Below, piece by piece: positions 1 to 12,020 of a stretch of 64,000 bases of DNA. The stretch is from Azolla caroliniana. Its lineage: Eukaryota; Plantae; Polypodiophyta. Position 1 is the first letter of the stretch. The number at the start of each line of letters is the position of its first letter. The stretch lies in contig JBHGNT010000006.1 in assembly GCA_043228905.1 (NCBI GenBank), positions 13,640,001-13,704,000 of the forward strand, given 5' to 3'. The notes beneath the pieces were generated by a model that made no database searches, was not told the DNA's origin, and saw nothing but the letters and a program-made list of their open reading frames with translations. The position numbers were made by a program, and so were the translations under genes.

Positions 1-402
1 CATAACTTCTTGGATCTTCATATATACCTTATGATTATGAAATCACCAATAGAGATTAGAACTTTATTTAAAACCATAATTATTTCATTTAACTATTTGA
101 CAAGACTTACTTGCTAAACTCAGTGACCATCTTTTCTAGGCTCAATTCTTTGGCCACAATCCATGACAACACTGACACCAATAGTTGATCATCCTTAATG
201 CCTTGCATTACTCTCCACAGAGACAACTTCATGTCGTCGGCCGCTTCTTCAATTTTCAGGTCGATTTTCTTCGCCGTTGTTGATTTCAATTCGAGCTAGG
301 GGCCTACTCTACATTTCTTTTGTCGTTGACCCTTGACCTCCACATTCTCCCACATTGAAAAAATTTGATCTTGAAGGTCCCAAACTTCCCCATCTCTAAA
401 GA

Positions 403-869
403 CATTGTTGTAAAATAATTAGCATAAAATACACGTACAATATGTATTCTAACTTTTTTTTTGAATACTTAGAATACATATTTTATAGATAAAGTACGTT
501 AAATACTTAGAATACGTTTAGAATACTTAAAATACGTGTGGAATACTTAGAATACGTTTAGAATACTTAGAATACGTGTAGAATACTTAGAATACTTAGA
601 ATACATTTAGAATACTTAGAGTACGTGTAGAATACTTAGAATACGCTAAATACTTTTTAAAATTCAAAGTTTTTTTTTTCGAAAAAAAGAAAAGATGTTT
701 TGAAATGATAAATACTTGTTAAATATGTAGAATATGTCAAATTTTTAGAATACGTAGAATACGTCAAATTTTTAAAAACGGCAGTTCTAAAATGTAGAAT
801 ACGTGTAGAATACATCAAAGTATTCTAAAATGTACTCAGAACATAGAATACGCGTTTTTAACAACTATG
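403..869. mobile_element. Non-autonomous hAT-type MITE
   Basis: Imperfect TIRs CATTGTTGTAAAA and TTTTTAACAACTATG. 8-bp TSD TCTAAAGA (395-402) / TCTAAAGG (870-877). Interior is made of AGAATAC(T/G)T repeats. Excision restores the host reading frame. Confidence 0.85.
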
Positions 870-2665
870 TCTAAAGGCTAGTTGAAACGATGACTCATAC
901 TTACGAAGACCATCTGACTTAACATTATCGTCCACAACAATGCCGACCTCATGAAGACATTGATGTCATAATCCGGGGTGAAGCCTTACACTGCACTTTT
1001 GTTTGACATCCAAGTACTCATGGTGGAAGAACCTTATCCGCTCGATGGACGACATTTTTTGCTGGTAGTCGTTGTCATTGTAATGGTCCCATGCCAAGAG
1101 TTTTGCCTCTTTAGTTGTGAGTCCCATGCGTATTTTACACTCGGCATACTTGAAGAAAAAAGTGGTTTGGTGCTATTTTACAAGTTGTCGTCGTGCTTTA
1201 GCAGAATGTGACCCACCAATTACAAAGTAATTGTATTGATTGTGCTTTCTCACATCAAAAAACTCAATGGAAGAACATTCGTCAAGATCCACCATTATGA
1301 TAAATGGTATAACTATGGCATGTGGATTTATTTTCCATTTTTTCTTGAGATTTTGAATGCATTCTATGTGGCTCTCTAATCTCAAGTGGTCTTCGTCCTG
1401 TATTAACATCTATTGGTGGCCTATGGATGTGTGTTATAGGCAAATTGAAGACTTGACCTTTTCTCACCAGTTTCTTTTGCATTTTCTCTCTTCAAATCTT
1501 GTTCTGCTCAGAAGACAAAATACTAGATGTTAGCTCAGCACCTAGTGTGACCCGAGTTTCCTCATCATTTGTTGAACTTGATGATTTGGACTTTGGCATC
1601 TTTGTGACCTTTTTCTTTGTTGGTCTCAATTGTATCTTTGAGACCTTTTGTGGGGCCTTCACTGGAGATGGTGATGCATCCCTTAGAGTTATATGACCTT
1701 GTATATATGGTCTTAATGTTGTTATAAGATTTTTTGAAGTATCAATGGCGACTTTAAAAGATTCGGAACCACATGAATCCTTAACAAGTCGATCTTCAGA
1801 TAGAAACATTTTTCGGACTCCCTTTGAACAACCCACTAATACTATAAGATTGAGGGAGTTGGGGTCTTCGTAGTCAAGGCGTAACCTTCGACCATAACTA
1901 AAGGGTCTTTCTTTCTTAAGTTGACCATCCCCCTTCTTTTTGAGGTCAATAAGATGACTTTCTTTTTTGAGTCGACATATTGCATGCACCGCTCGTTGTC
2001 TGTCAAATCACGGTCAGGTAGGTCCTCCCCACCAATTGCTGCAAGCATATTCTTTTGACTAACTTCGACAGACGGTTGTTCTGTGTTGTGCTCGTGAAAA
2101 AGTAGTTTCTTTCCCTTTTTCACATTATGTGCAACTGGTTGTTTTGGGTTCTCCACCGGGGAGTTTTGATATCTTAGTTTAATTTTCTTCACCGGACGGT
2201 TCGAAAGATTCTCAAATTACCTATTTAAAACAAGAAGTGGGAAAATATAACTAAGTTAGATCATGAGGATTAGACTTGTATCACATTTAACCTAACTGGA
2301 CAATTACTAATATTGCCTAGTGTATTGTTTCTTTCCCTTCTTTGAAAGGTTATGCTTTAGGTTGAAATAATGGAAGACAATTGTATAATTAAATGTCTCT
2401 CATTGTATTCCGATAAAATCAGGTTTTTTTAGTTTTTTGTGTGTCTAGCGAATGTAAAATTTCTTAAATGTATAAAGACATGGTCAATTTTGTTGTTCTA
2501 AGTCTAAAATATTGGTTATTTTCACATATTTTGGGAGGCTACTTGCCATATTCCCTAATTGTTTAATGGTCCTAATTGTTTCAAAATTCATTTTATTCTA
2601 TTGAAATGTCTCAATTTCCCATCTAAAATGGTGCCATGATTAGGATATTGTTGTAGATTTTCTAA

Positions 2666-2769
2666 TTTAAATAGGAACTCGATACAATGTATCGAGTTTG
2701 TGTTTAAATTCACACTTATAACCAAGGCTTTTAAACAGCTCGATACATCGTATCGAGTTCCTGTTTAAA
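2666..2769. repeat. Two tandem ~40-bp palindromes, consensus TTTAAACAGGAACTCGATAC-NNN-GTATCGAGTTCCTGTTTAAA
   Basis: Copies at 2666-2708 and 2730-2769, each an imperfect inverted repeat, inside the first intron of the ParB-like gene. Confidence 0.85.
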
Positions 2770-3002
2770 TCACGACCATGTCAATGGTTTGTAATGGTAA
2801 AAAGTGAGGAAAAATTGAAAAGCCCATACAATTAGTATCCTACCTGGAGTCCGTGGGCTCAATCTTCTTCGAAGACATGATGTTCATGCTTGCTGGTGAC
2901 AGGGAGTTCCTTGCATGCTCCGGTGTTGGTGATGCTCTGTGTGCTTCTTGGCTCTGAGTGCTCTATTATGCGTGTGACCTCTGTAAAATGAGGAGGTCCT
3001 CC

Positions 3003-3010
3003 TATTTATA
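3003..3010 (-). promoter_or_regulatory. TATA box (CCTATAAATAGG context) of the ParB-like gene
   Basis: TATAAATA on the minus strand about 125 bp upstream of the ATG at 2878. Confidence 0.55.
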
Positions 3011-4088
3011 GGGCGTTAAAACCGTGGTTAAAGTAACTACATCCAAGTTAGTTCCGTAGGTAGGTTACATCCAAGTTAGTTCCCTTAGGTTAGATAGTTG
3101 TTAGTACTCTTTGGTTAGTTCAAAGTTACTTACATAGGCACTCTAGGTTAGTTATAGGTTAGTTATAGGTTAGTTAAAAGTTAGTGAGTTAGGTACTCTA
3201 GGATAGTTATAGTTAGAGTTAGAGTTAAATATGTGATTAGCAATAATTGGTGATAGTAGTTACATTGTACATGTATTTAATGTATGTAATCATAAGTTAG
3301 CAATAATTGGACACTATTGATTGTATTAGTACATAATAGTTTGATTATGATTACCAATAAATGATAATGAACTTATGACTGAAGTGAAATAAATAAAGGT
3401 AACAATTAATCTGTTCCATTTTCCCACATGGGGAATAGTAATTTTATTCATACGTGGAGAATGGCACTTTTAAATGATTATGATCTTCATTAATGAACAA
3501 ATGATTGATATTAGACTTACATATTTATGACCAGTGTTGGGCAAAGTCTCTAGCCACTACCGGAAATTTTCCTGCTTCTCATGAGCCTAACCGAAATTTT
3601 AAAATTTCAACTAGCCACGTTCCTACCGGCGATAATGTGAACTGGAACATGTTGAATGTTTTTTTTTGCCTGCATACCAAATCAAAAAAAAATATCTAGC
3701 GCAATACCAAATCAAATCAATCACAAAATTTTGGATCCCAAAAACTAAAGATATATATTTACCAAAAAAAAATTCTAACTTTATAAACAGAATCCACTTT
3801 TGAAACCTTTGTAAACTAGCATTAACATCATATTAGATCGAATTAGATCTAATATATAGAAAGTTCGAAAAAAAAAATAGATCAAATTTACAAAGTTTCA
3901 ATCTATATCTTCTATGAAGTCCTCGATGTCATCATCATGCTCATGAGAAGTTTCTGTAAAAATATGACGATGTGCCTTGCTTTCTCGCCACAACAAAATG
4001 TTGGCACTTAAGTAATGTTCTTCTAGTTGAGGTCCTTCAATAGAGATTCGTATCAATGCATCAACCGCATTGCTTTTTAGCCTATTTA

Positions 4089-4517
4089 TGTCAAGAATAG
4101 TACTAAAACAGAGAGAGAATTAGTACTAGAGAAGGGAAGTACTATTAGTACTAAGAGGACGGGACCGCTTAAGACTCCCGAGAGGGAGGAAAGAGAAGAG
4201 AGAGATAGTGAGGACGAGAGATGATGATAACAGATGATATATTATAGGAAGAGTAAGTACAAGATGGCTATAAGGCTTAAGACTGGCGTTAAACCAATTT
4301 GGTTCAAAATAATGCCTAGTGCCTTCTTTTATAGTGTTCTTAGGAGTAATCCTGAAGCTTCTAGAATGTTCCAGAGAAATCTGGAATATACATTAATTTC
4401 CTATAATAAAACTTAAATGAAAATAATAATCTACGTATTACAATAGATGGTATAATGGTCAAGAGCTTGACCCATATAACATAAGGTCATGGGTTCCAGT
4501 CTTGCCATATCATGACA
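4089..4517 (-). repeat. 3' LTR of chromovirus A
   Basis: Direct repeat of 14060-14482 with multiple substitutions; PPT adjacent at 4518-4530. Confidence 0.95.
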
Positions 4518-7500
4518 CTATCTCCTCCCTTAAGACGACAAGTGGAACGAGTCAGCACTGATTGCGGACCGGGTTTGTCTGGATACTTTCGGTGGAACTC
4601 AACAAGAAGATCATGAGCATTTGCGACATGCTCGACGGGTTCCCAAGTACGTTCGCTCGGACTATAGCCGAGCCAATCGACCAAATAATAAAGTTTGTTG
4701 CGAACAAGTTTGGAATCGAGGACGATAGCAACTTCATACTCCGGGCCGGCTTCTAACTCAAGGGGGGGTGGCGGTGGTGTAACACGATCGGGAATAGTGT
4801 TTGCTTTATAAGGTTCAAGAAGAGAGCTATGGAAAACCGGATGTATCTGAAGATGTGGAGGGAGATCAAGGTCGAACGTGACATCATTAACCTTACTAGT
4901 AATACGGAAAGGACCGAGTCGTCGATAATCCAACTTGTCGCACGGTCGAGTAGTCTTGATGTGACGACGTAAGAGCCATACTCAATCTCCGATGGCAAAA
5001 GAGGAGGGAAACCGATGACGATCCGCATAAGTCTTCTTTGTGTGTTGAGCATGACGAAGATGAGTAGAGAGATCCATCAGGATCTTGCATAGCCTCTCGA
5101 AATGATCCTTGGCACGAAGATTGGTAGGTAGCTCCGGGGTGTTGATCACCGACCAACGAGGATGAGAACCAGTATAAGCGTAAAATGGGTAGACCCGAAT
5201 CGAGGAGTGAACAACATTATTATATGCAAACTCCGCAAAGTGGAGAATCTCGGCCCAATCATCCTGTTGATAACTCAGAAAACACTAGAGATTTTGTTCC
5301 AACGTTTGGTTTGTTCGTTCCGCCTGCCCATCGGTCTGGGGATGGTAGCCGGAGGAGAGGTTGCAAGAGACCTTGAGCATCTTGAAGAGATGTTGCCAAA
5401 ATTTGGAGACGAATAGAGGTCCTCGGTCACTGATGATACTGTCTGGGAGGCCATGATTCCAAAATACCTCACGCATGACAAGGGCAGCGGTTTCCTCGTT
5501 AGTGATGGCCTTAGTGCACGGCACAAAATGTGTCATCTTAGTATATCGATCGACGACGGTTAAGATAGCATCGAACCCCTTCGAGACTGGCAGATATGTG
5601 ATAAAATCAAGACAAATATACTGCCACGGCTTACTTGGAATCGGTAAGGGTTCCAACAAGCCATATGGATGGTGTCAGGGCATCTTTGCTCGGCAGTAAG
5701 CATCACAAGTCCGAACATAGTCGTCGACAAAACGTCGCATATGGGGCCACCAAAAAGATCGTTGAATGAGATCCAACGTCTTAGTACTACCGAAATGTCC
5801 CTCTGTATGGATGTCGTGAAAATTTTGGATGATTTGAAGGCGACTGGAGAAATCGGGGACATATACAAGCTTTTTAAGGAATAACAAACCATCATGATAT
5901 TCGAATTGTCGGTAGTCCATACCTAGTTGTTGAGATTCGGAACAGGATGCCCGAGAGGTATCAATGTGCGCTAGAATGTCTTGAGCAAAATTGTTTGTCT
6001 TCAAGTTCGCACGTATGGCATCTGTAATCCAGGAATCCATTGGGCTGTGAAAAATCTGCATTGTGTGCAATCGCGTTGGTCCCAAGATTACATACTTTTG
6101 ATTATCAAACGCTGGATCACTAGGATGAGGTGCAAGATATGAACGCCATGATAGCGCATCTGCTTTTCCTTGCTGCTTTCACGGTCGATATATGATTTGG
6201 AAGTCAAAACGCGTGAGGAATTGAGCCCACCGAGCTTGTCGTCGATTTAGCACCCGAGCGTTCTGGAAATAAGCAAGATTTTTGTGATCACTAAAGACGA
6301 TGACCTGATGTGGAGCGCCCTCTAAGAAATGCCACCATTGCACAGAGGAATCCACGATGGCTAATAACTCCTTGTCATGTATTTCATAGTTGATTTCCGT
6401 AGTGTTGAATTTGCGCGAATGAAAAGCCACTTGATGTAACTCTTCTTTATCTCTTTGTTGAGAAAGGATGCTACCGAGGGCGAAATCCGATGCGTCAGCC
6501 TCCATGATGAATGGTTTGTTTGTATCCACATGAGCTATAGTAGGAGCTGATGTAAAGGCTTTCTTAAGATGCCGAAAAGCCCTGTCCGCTTCATTGGACC
6601 AAAGAAATGCTTTTCCCTTCTTCGTAAGTTGTGTGAGAGGTAAAATAATCTTCGAGTAATCCTATATAAACTTGCGGTAGAAGTTAGCAAAACCTAGAAA
6701 ACATTGTACATCTCGTACCGACCATGGAATTTGCCACTCTAGCATAGTTTGGACTTTAGCTAGATCCATGGAGATGCCCTTTGAGGAGATGACGTAGCCT
6801 AGAAATTCTACTTGCTTGCAGTCAAAGCTACATTTTTCTAGCTTGGCATAAAGACCATTCTCGCGGAGTCATTTTAGTACTAATAGTACATGAGAATCGT
6901 GCTCTTCTTGGGTCTTCAAATAAATCAATAGATCATCCAGATAGATGATCAAACAGATATCCAAGAGGTCTCTGAATATATCATTTGCCATGTGTTGGAA
7001 GACTACGGGTGCATTGGTTAGACTGAACGGCATAACAGTATATTCGAAATGCCCATACCGCGTGCGAAAGGCAGTCTTCCATTCATCTCCCGGTCGGATC
7101 CGCACAAGGTTATATGCTCCTCGTAGATCGATTTTTGTAAAAAACTTGGCACCATTAACTCGCTCTGAAAGACTTGATATAAGAGGAAGTGCATACCTAT
7201 TCCGGATGGTGACTTTATTCAAGCCACGGTAATCAACAACGAGACGAAGTGAGCGATCTTTCTTCTTGACAAAGAAGATGGGTGCACCAGCCGGAGATTT
7301 CGAATGACGAATAAACTTGCTTGCCAAGTTCTCCTCTATGTAGGCTCGAAGGACTTCTAACTTGGTAGGTGACAAGTTGTAAATTGGTCCCCATGGTGGC
7401 TTTGCTCTTCGTTGTAAATCGATGGGACAATCATAGGGACAATGATGAGCAAGAGTACCGGCTTTTACCTTGTCAAATACATCGGCATAGGGATGATATT

Positions 7501-8221
7501 TTGCCAGAAGTTGCAGTAAGGATTCCTCCTTAATAGTGCTAGAAGGATGTACTGATATTGCAAATAGGAACATTGCCTCCTTGTGTCATTCTTCGCGTAA
7601 TTGAAGTAGTGAAATGGTCGAAACTCAATGAGTAGATTCTTGGGGTTGTTGATGTTGTACTTCTCTTGTTCTCCAATCTATGTCTGGATTATGTAATTCA
7701 AACCAAGGTAATCCTAGGACAATGGGATGCTCTAGACTACTAATTATATTAAATGCTACTACACACACAAAACTGAAAGGTAAAATCGTTGCCGGCCACA
7801 ACCGGTTGTACGTGTGAGGAATAATATTCAATCTAATGGAAAGGAAAAACAGAATACAAAAACTGAGAATGACACAGATTTTAACGTGGAAACCCGAACT
7901 GGGAAAAAACCACGTGGAGTCCACAAACTCCGAAACAGAACACTATGAGAGAAAGGAATACAATCAAAGATCTCAGAGGCAACAATCTCGAGATCCTGCT
8001 TCGCCAAGAGGTGTCTATGGAGCTCACACGCTTCCACTCACACTCGTTCACTCTCACAGTTATAGAGGCAACAACCCCGTCTACAATAACTTTACAATAA
8101 CGCACTCATCTTCTTTTTTAACATGATTGCCCTAAGTACTTATATACTAATGTAACCTTTCGACTATTTACAAGTTTAGCCTTCCGTGTTGGCTATCTCC
8201 ACGATTTCCGGATTCGGCCGA

Positions 8222-11200
8222 GTCATCTTGCCGGATACCGAGCTCTTCAACCATAATATTTCCTTGCCAGCTTCAACAACTGCCATGTACTCCGCCTCTG
8301 TGGTTGACAACACAACCATCTTCTGCAGCCTCGACTGCCACGAAACAGCTCCCCCTGCATATGTCATTACATACCCGGATGTAGACCGGCTGGTATCCAC
8401 ATCAGCCGACATATCCGAATCGGTAAAACCGTCAAGTTGAGGCTTACCGAAGCCGAATCGGAGACACATATTCGAAGTGCCCTTCAAGTACCAGAGTATC
8501 CATTTGACCGTGTTCCAGTGCTCCTTGCCGGGATTGCTCATAAACTGGCTCACCACTCTGACTACATATCCAATATCCGGTCAAGTAGACACCATTGCGT
8601 ACATTAAGCTCCCGACGGCAGAGGCATATGGAACCTTCATCATATCTGCCTTCTCTGCTTTCGTCTTCGAGCTTTGCTTACCGGATAATCTGCAGTTTGT
8701 CGAGAGTGTCGATCCGACCGGTTTCGCTTCTAACATGTTGACCGTTGAAGCACCTTTGCCATGTATTTCTCTTGTGACAACCACAATTTCTTCTTTGACC
8801 GGTCTCGGATGATGTGCATCCCCAGTATCTATCTTGTCGGGCCCAAGTCTTTCATTGAGAAAGTTCGGTTGACAGCCTTCTTCAGCTTCCGTATTTTGGC
8901 TTGGTCCCGTCCAACGATCAACATGTCGTCCTCGTATAGAAGGAGTATCAGGAAGTCGCCTCCTTCAAACTTCTTCACAAACACGCAGTGATCAGTTTGC
9001 GTTTTGTGATACCCTTGGTCGGTCATGAAGGAGTCGAACTTTCGGTACCATTATCGGGGAGCCTGCTTCAGTCCGTACAGGCTCTTCCTCAACCGGCAAA
9101 CCAGGTGCTCCTTCGCTTTCTCCACGAATCCTTCCGGTTGCTGCATGTAGATCTCCTCTTCGAGGTCACCGTGAAGGAATGCCGACTTCACGTCCAGCTG
9201 CTCTACCTCGAGGTCCATGCTTGCCGCTATACTCAGCACCGTTCGGATGGAAGTCATCTTTACTACCGGGGCAAATATCTCGTCGAAGTCCACGCCCTTC
9301 TTCTGCTGGAACCCCTTCACCACGATCCTAGATTTGTATCTCGGGGGGTTGCCGGCATCTCCCGGTTTGAACTTGTACACCAACTTGTTTCGGAGTGCCC
9401 GCTTTCCTTTCGGCAACTCCACCAATTCGTATGTATGGTTCTCATGCAGGGAATCCATCTCATCCTGCATGGCACTTAACCATTTGCGGCTATGCGCATC
9501 ACTTTTAGCTTCCTCAAAGCTTTCTGGCTCCCCCTCATCAGTTAGCAACACGTGCTCTGGATCCGGAAATCTCTGGGGGGGGGCTTCTCTCTCTGATAGG
9601 ATATCTATGTCCTTGGGCTTCGGTAACCGGCACCTCCATTTGCTCTTCATCCAAATCTGATTCGGGGTCTTGTCTAGTTTCGGTTTCACCTATTCCTTCT
9701 TCTTCGGCCGGTTTTGTCTCCTCACCGTCACCTGCCAGTTCATCGAGTGCTAACCGGCTTCTTGCCGGTTGGAACTGCATTTCATCGAATTGAAATTTTT
9801 CCTTACCGGTCGACTCAGAGTTCATTATCTTCTTCTCCGACTCCCAGTCGGCGAGCGTCTTGTCCTCCATGAAGATAATATCTCGACTCCAGAATACTTT
9901 CTGGTCGACCGGGTCCCACACTCGGTAGCCGAACTCATCGTCGCCGTAACCAAGGAATATGCATGGTCGGGTCTTCGGATCTAACTTTCCTCTTCGGACC
10001 TTAGCTACATGCACGTACACAAGACACCCGAATACCTTCAAATGCCGGTAGGACACTTCCTTACCGGTCCAGACTCTCTGCGGCGTGTCTCCGTCCAAGG
10101 GTACTGAGGGTGATCTGTTTATCACATATGTCGCCGTCGACAGTGCCTCAACCCAAAACGTCTTGGGTAATTTTGCATGCGCTAGCATACTCCGAACCCT
10201 CTCCATTATGGTCCGGTTCATCCTCTCGGCCAACCCGTTTAGTTCTGGTGTCTTCGGCATGATAAATTCGAGTCGGATTCCCTTCGAGCGACAATACTCC
10301 TCGAATTGCCCCCAGTATTCTCCTCAGTTATCTACTCGAACTGCCTTCAGCTTCTTGCCGGTTTCTCTTTCCACTCTCGCGTGGAGCTCTTTGAAGACGG
10401 ATAGCACCTGATCCTTCGTCTTCAACGGTGTGTCCCACAACTTCCGGCTGTGGTCATCTATGAACGTCACAAAGTACTGCGATCTGGCATGTGACTTCGT
10501 GTCCACTTGACACACATCAGTATGCACCAACTCCAATGGTGCATTACGTCTCATCGGTGGCCTCGATCGGAAGCAGGTTCGGTTTTGTTTACCGGCCAGA
10601 CAATCAGTGCACTTCTCCAAGTGCACATTCTTCAATGGAATGAGGTTGTCGTCTACAAGCCTTTTCATCCCCTTCTTGCTCATGTGACATAGCCTCTAGT
10701 GCCACAACTCACCGGCAATGTCGGATGCCACGTTCACTTCCTCCGGACATAACCGGGCATTCATCAGGTACAGAGTGTTGACTTTCCGGGCCCGAGCCAC
10801 AATCAGGCTCCCTTTGCTGAACTTCATAACACCGTTCCGGATGCTACCCCTGTAGCCGACCGGCTGATATTAGGTTCAATCGAACCTCTGAAACATGTCG
10901 ATCATCCTTCAGCAACATCTTGCATCCCGTTGATGTCGTCAACCACACATTTTCTATGCCGACAATTCGGCATGTACCTTCATTCCCCATCCGAACACGG
11001 TCGTGGTCACCGGTCGAGTAGGATGAGAAGCATTTTCTATCCGGGGTCAGATGGAACGACGCTCCGGAATCAACCACCCAGGTCATCTCGTCGCCGGCAA
11101 GGTTCAGCTCACTCTCCTTGGTGATAAGCATTAGCTCCTCTTCGTTTGCCGCGATTTCCGTCGTTCCTTTCCGGTCCTGCCCTCGCCGATCCGAACCGTT

Positions 11201-11994
11201 TCGGTCCGATGACTTCTTCGAATTGGTACTGTCGATTTCCTTGTCTTTCCGGAAATGCAGTTCTTCTGGAAGTGCCCCGGCTTCCCGCAGTAGAAGCAAG
11301 TAGGCCTCCCTCTTGACTTTCACTGTGTCCCTGATTTTTCCCGGTTCTGGGGATTCCGGTTCCTTTGTCTTCCACGTTCCGATTCGGAAAGGAGAGCTTT
11401 TGAGTCGGGGATCGGTTCCTTGTCCTTCCGACGCGCCTCCTCGTTCAGGATGCTTGTCTTCACCGTCTGCAAAGACAAGTTCTCTTCTTGGCAGGAGGTG
11501 CTGAGAGTAACCACCAAGTTCTCCCAGCTTTCCAGCAACGTACACATCAGCATGATTGCCTGCATTGCATCATCCAAGGGGAACTTGATCGTTGCAAGTT
11601 GATTTACATACCCCATGAATGTGCTTACGTGTTCAACCATGCTCTCGTCATCTCTGTATTTTAGGTTTACTATTTTCCTCATCAATGAGGTTCTGTTGAG
11701 CGCATTCTTCCTCTCATAAAGACCCGACAGCTTCTGCCACATCTCGTGGGCATTCGTGTCGTTCGCCATGTGTTGAAGGACACTTACGTCGACACACTGT
11801 CGAATAGTGGCCACGGCTTTCCTATTCAGAAGCATCCAATCCGACTCCAATACCCTCTTTGGTATTTCTAATCTGTCGATTGGCTCGTACAGGTCTTTTA
11901 CAATGAGAAGGTCTTCCATCTTAATCTTCTAGTCTACATAGTTCTGTGAATTTAGAACCATCATACCTTGGAAGCCGCTCCCGCCTCCTTCCAT
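8222..11994 (-). pseudogene. Copia 1 gag-pol, frameshifted, RNase H end deleted
   Basis: ORFs 11320-11919 (gag), 10324-10683 and 9538-10260 (integrase), 9051-9689 and 8829-9026 (RT), 8176-8556 (RNase H). Confidence 0.9.
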
Positions 11995-12008
11995 TTTCAG
12001 TGTTGCTT

Positions 12009-12020
12009 GCTCTTATACCA
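12009..12020 (-). promoter_or_regulatory. tRNA-iMet primer binding site of Copia 1
   Basis: TGGTATAAGAGC, one mismatch from TGGTATCAGAGC, 3 nt inside the 5' LTR. Confidence 0.85.

Larger units (their letters stand above)
1..2878 (-). pseudogene. Decayed multi-exon gene encoding a ParB/Srx-like domain protein; continues off the left edge
   Basis: ATG at 2878-2876 and exon 1 at 2844-2878 end at AG|GTAGG. Acceptor TTTAAATAG lies just above 2220 and is in frame with ORF 1842-2192 apart from one TAA. ORF fragments 1842-2192, 1492-1989, 1282-1482 and 1173-1409 join, and manual translation continues through two in-frame stops: YFVIGGSHSAKARRQLVK*...KYAECKIRMGLTTKEAKLLAWDHYNDNDYQQKMSSIERIRFFH. The frame resumes across the 403-869 insertion (QLAFR|DGEVWDLQ), reaches ORF 107-289 and meets a GTAAG donor at 110. 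Confidence 0.7.

Noticed and set aside
440-860. AGAATAC repeats as a telomere or satellite
   Set aside because: Bounded by TIRs and an 8-bp TSD, so it is the interior of a MITE.
1-2878. Bacterial contamination as the source of the ParB-like sequence
   Set aside because: The gene has GT-AG introns, a TATA box and a plant hAT MITE insertion, and is contiguous with plant TEs.
4234-4416. Near-identical small ORFs at 4234 and 14199, 7836 and 12023, 16039 and 21279, 27716 and 32863
   Set aside because: They recur only because they lie in paired LTRs; no coding evidence.
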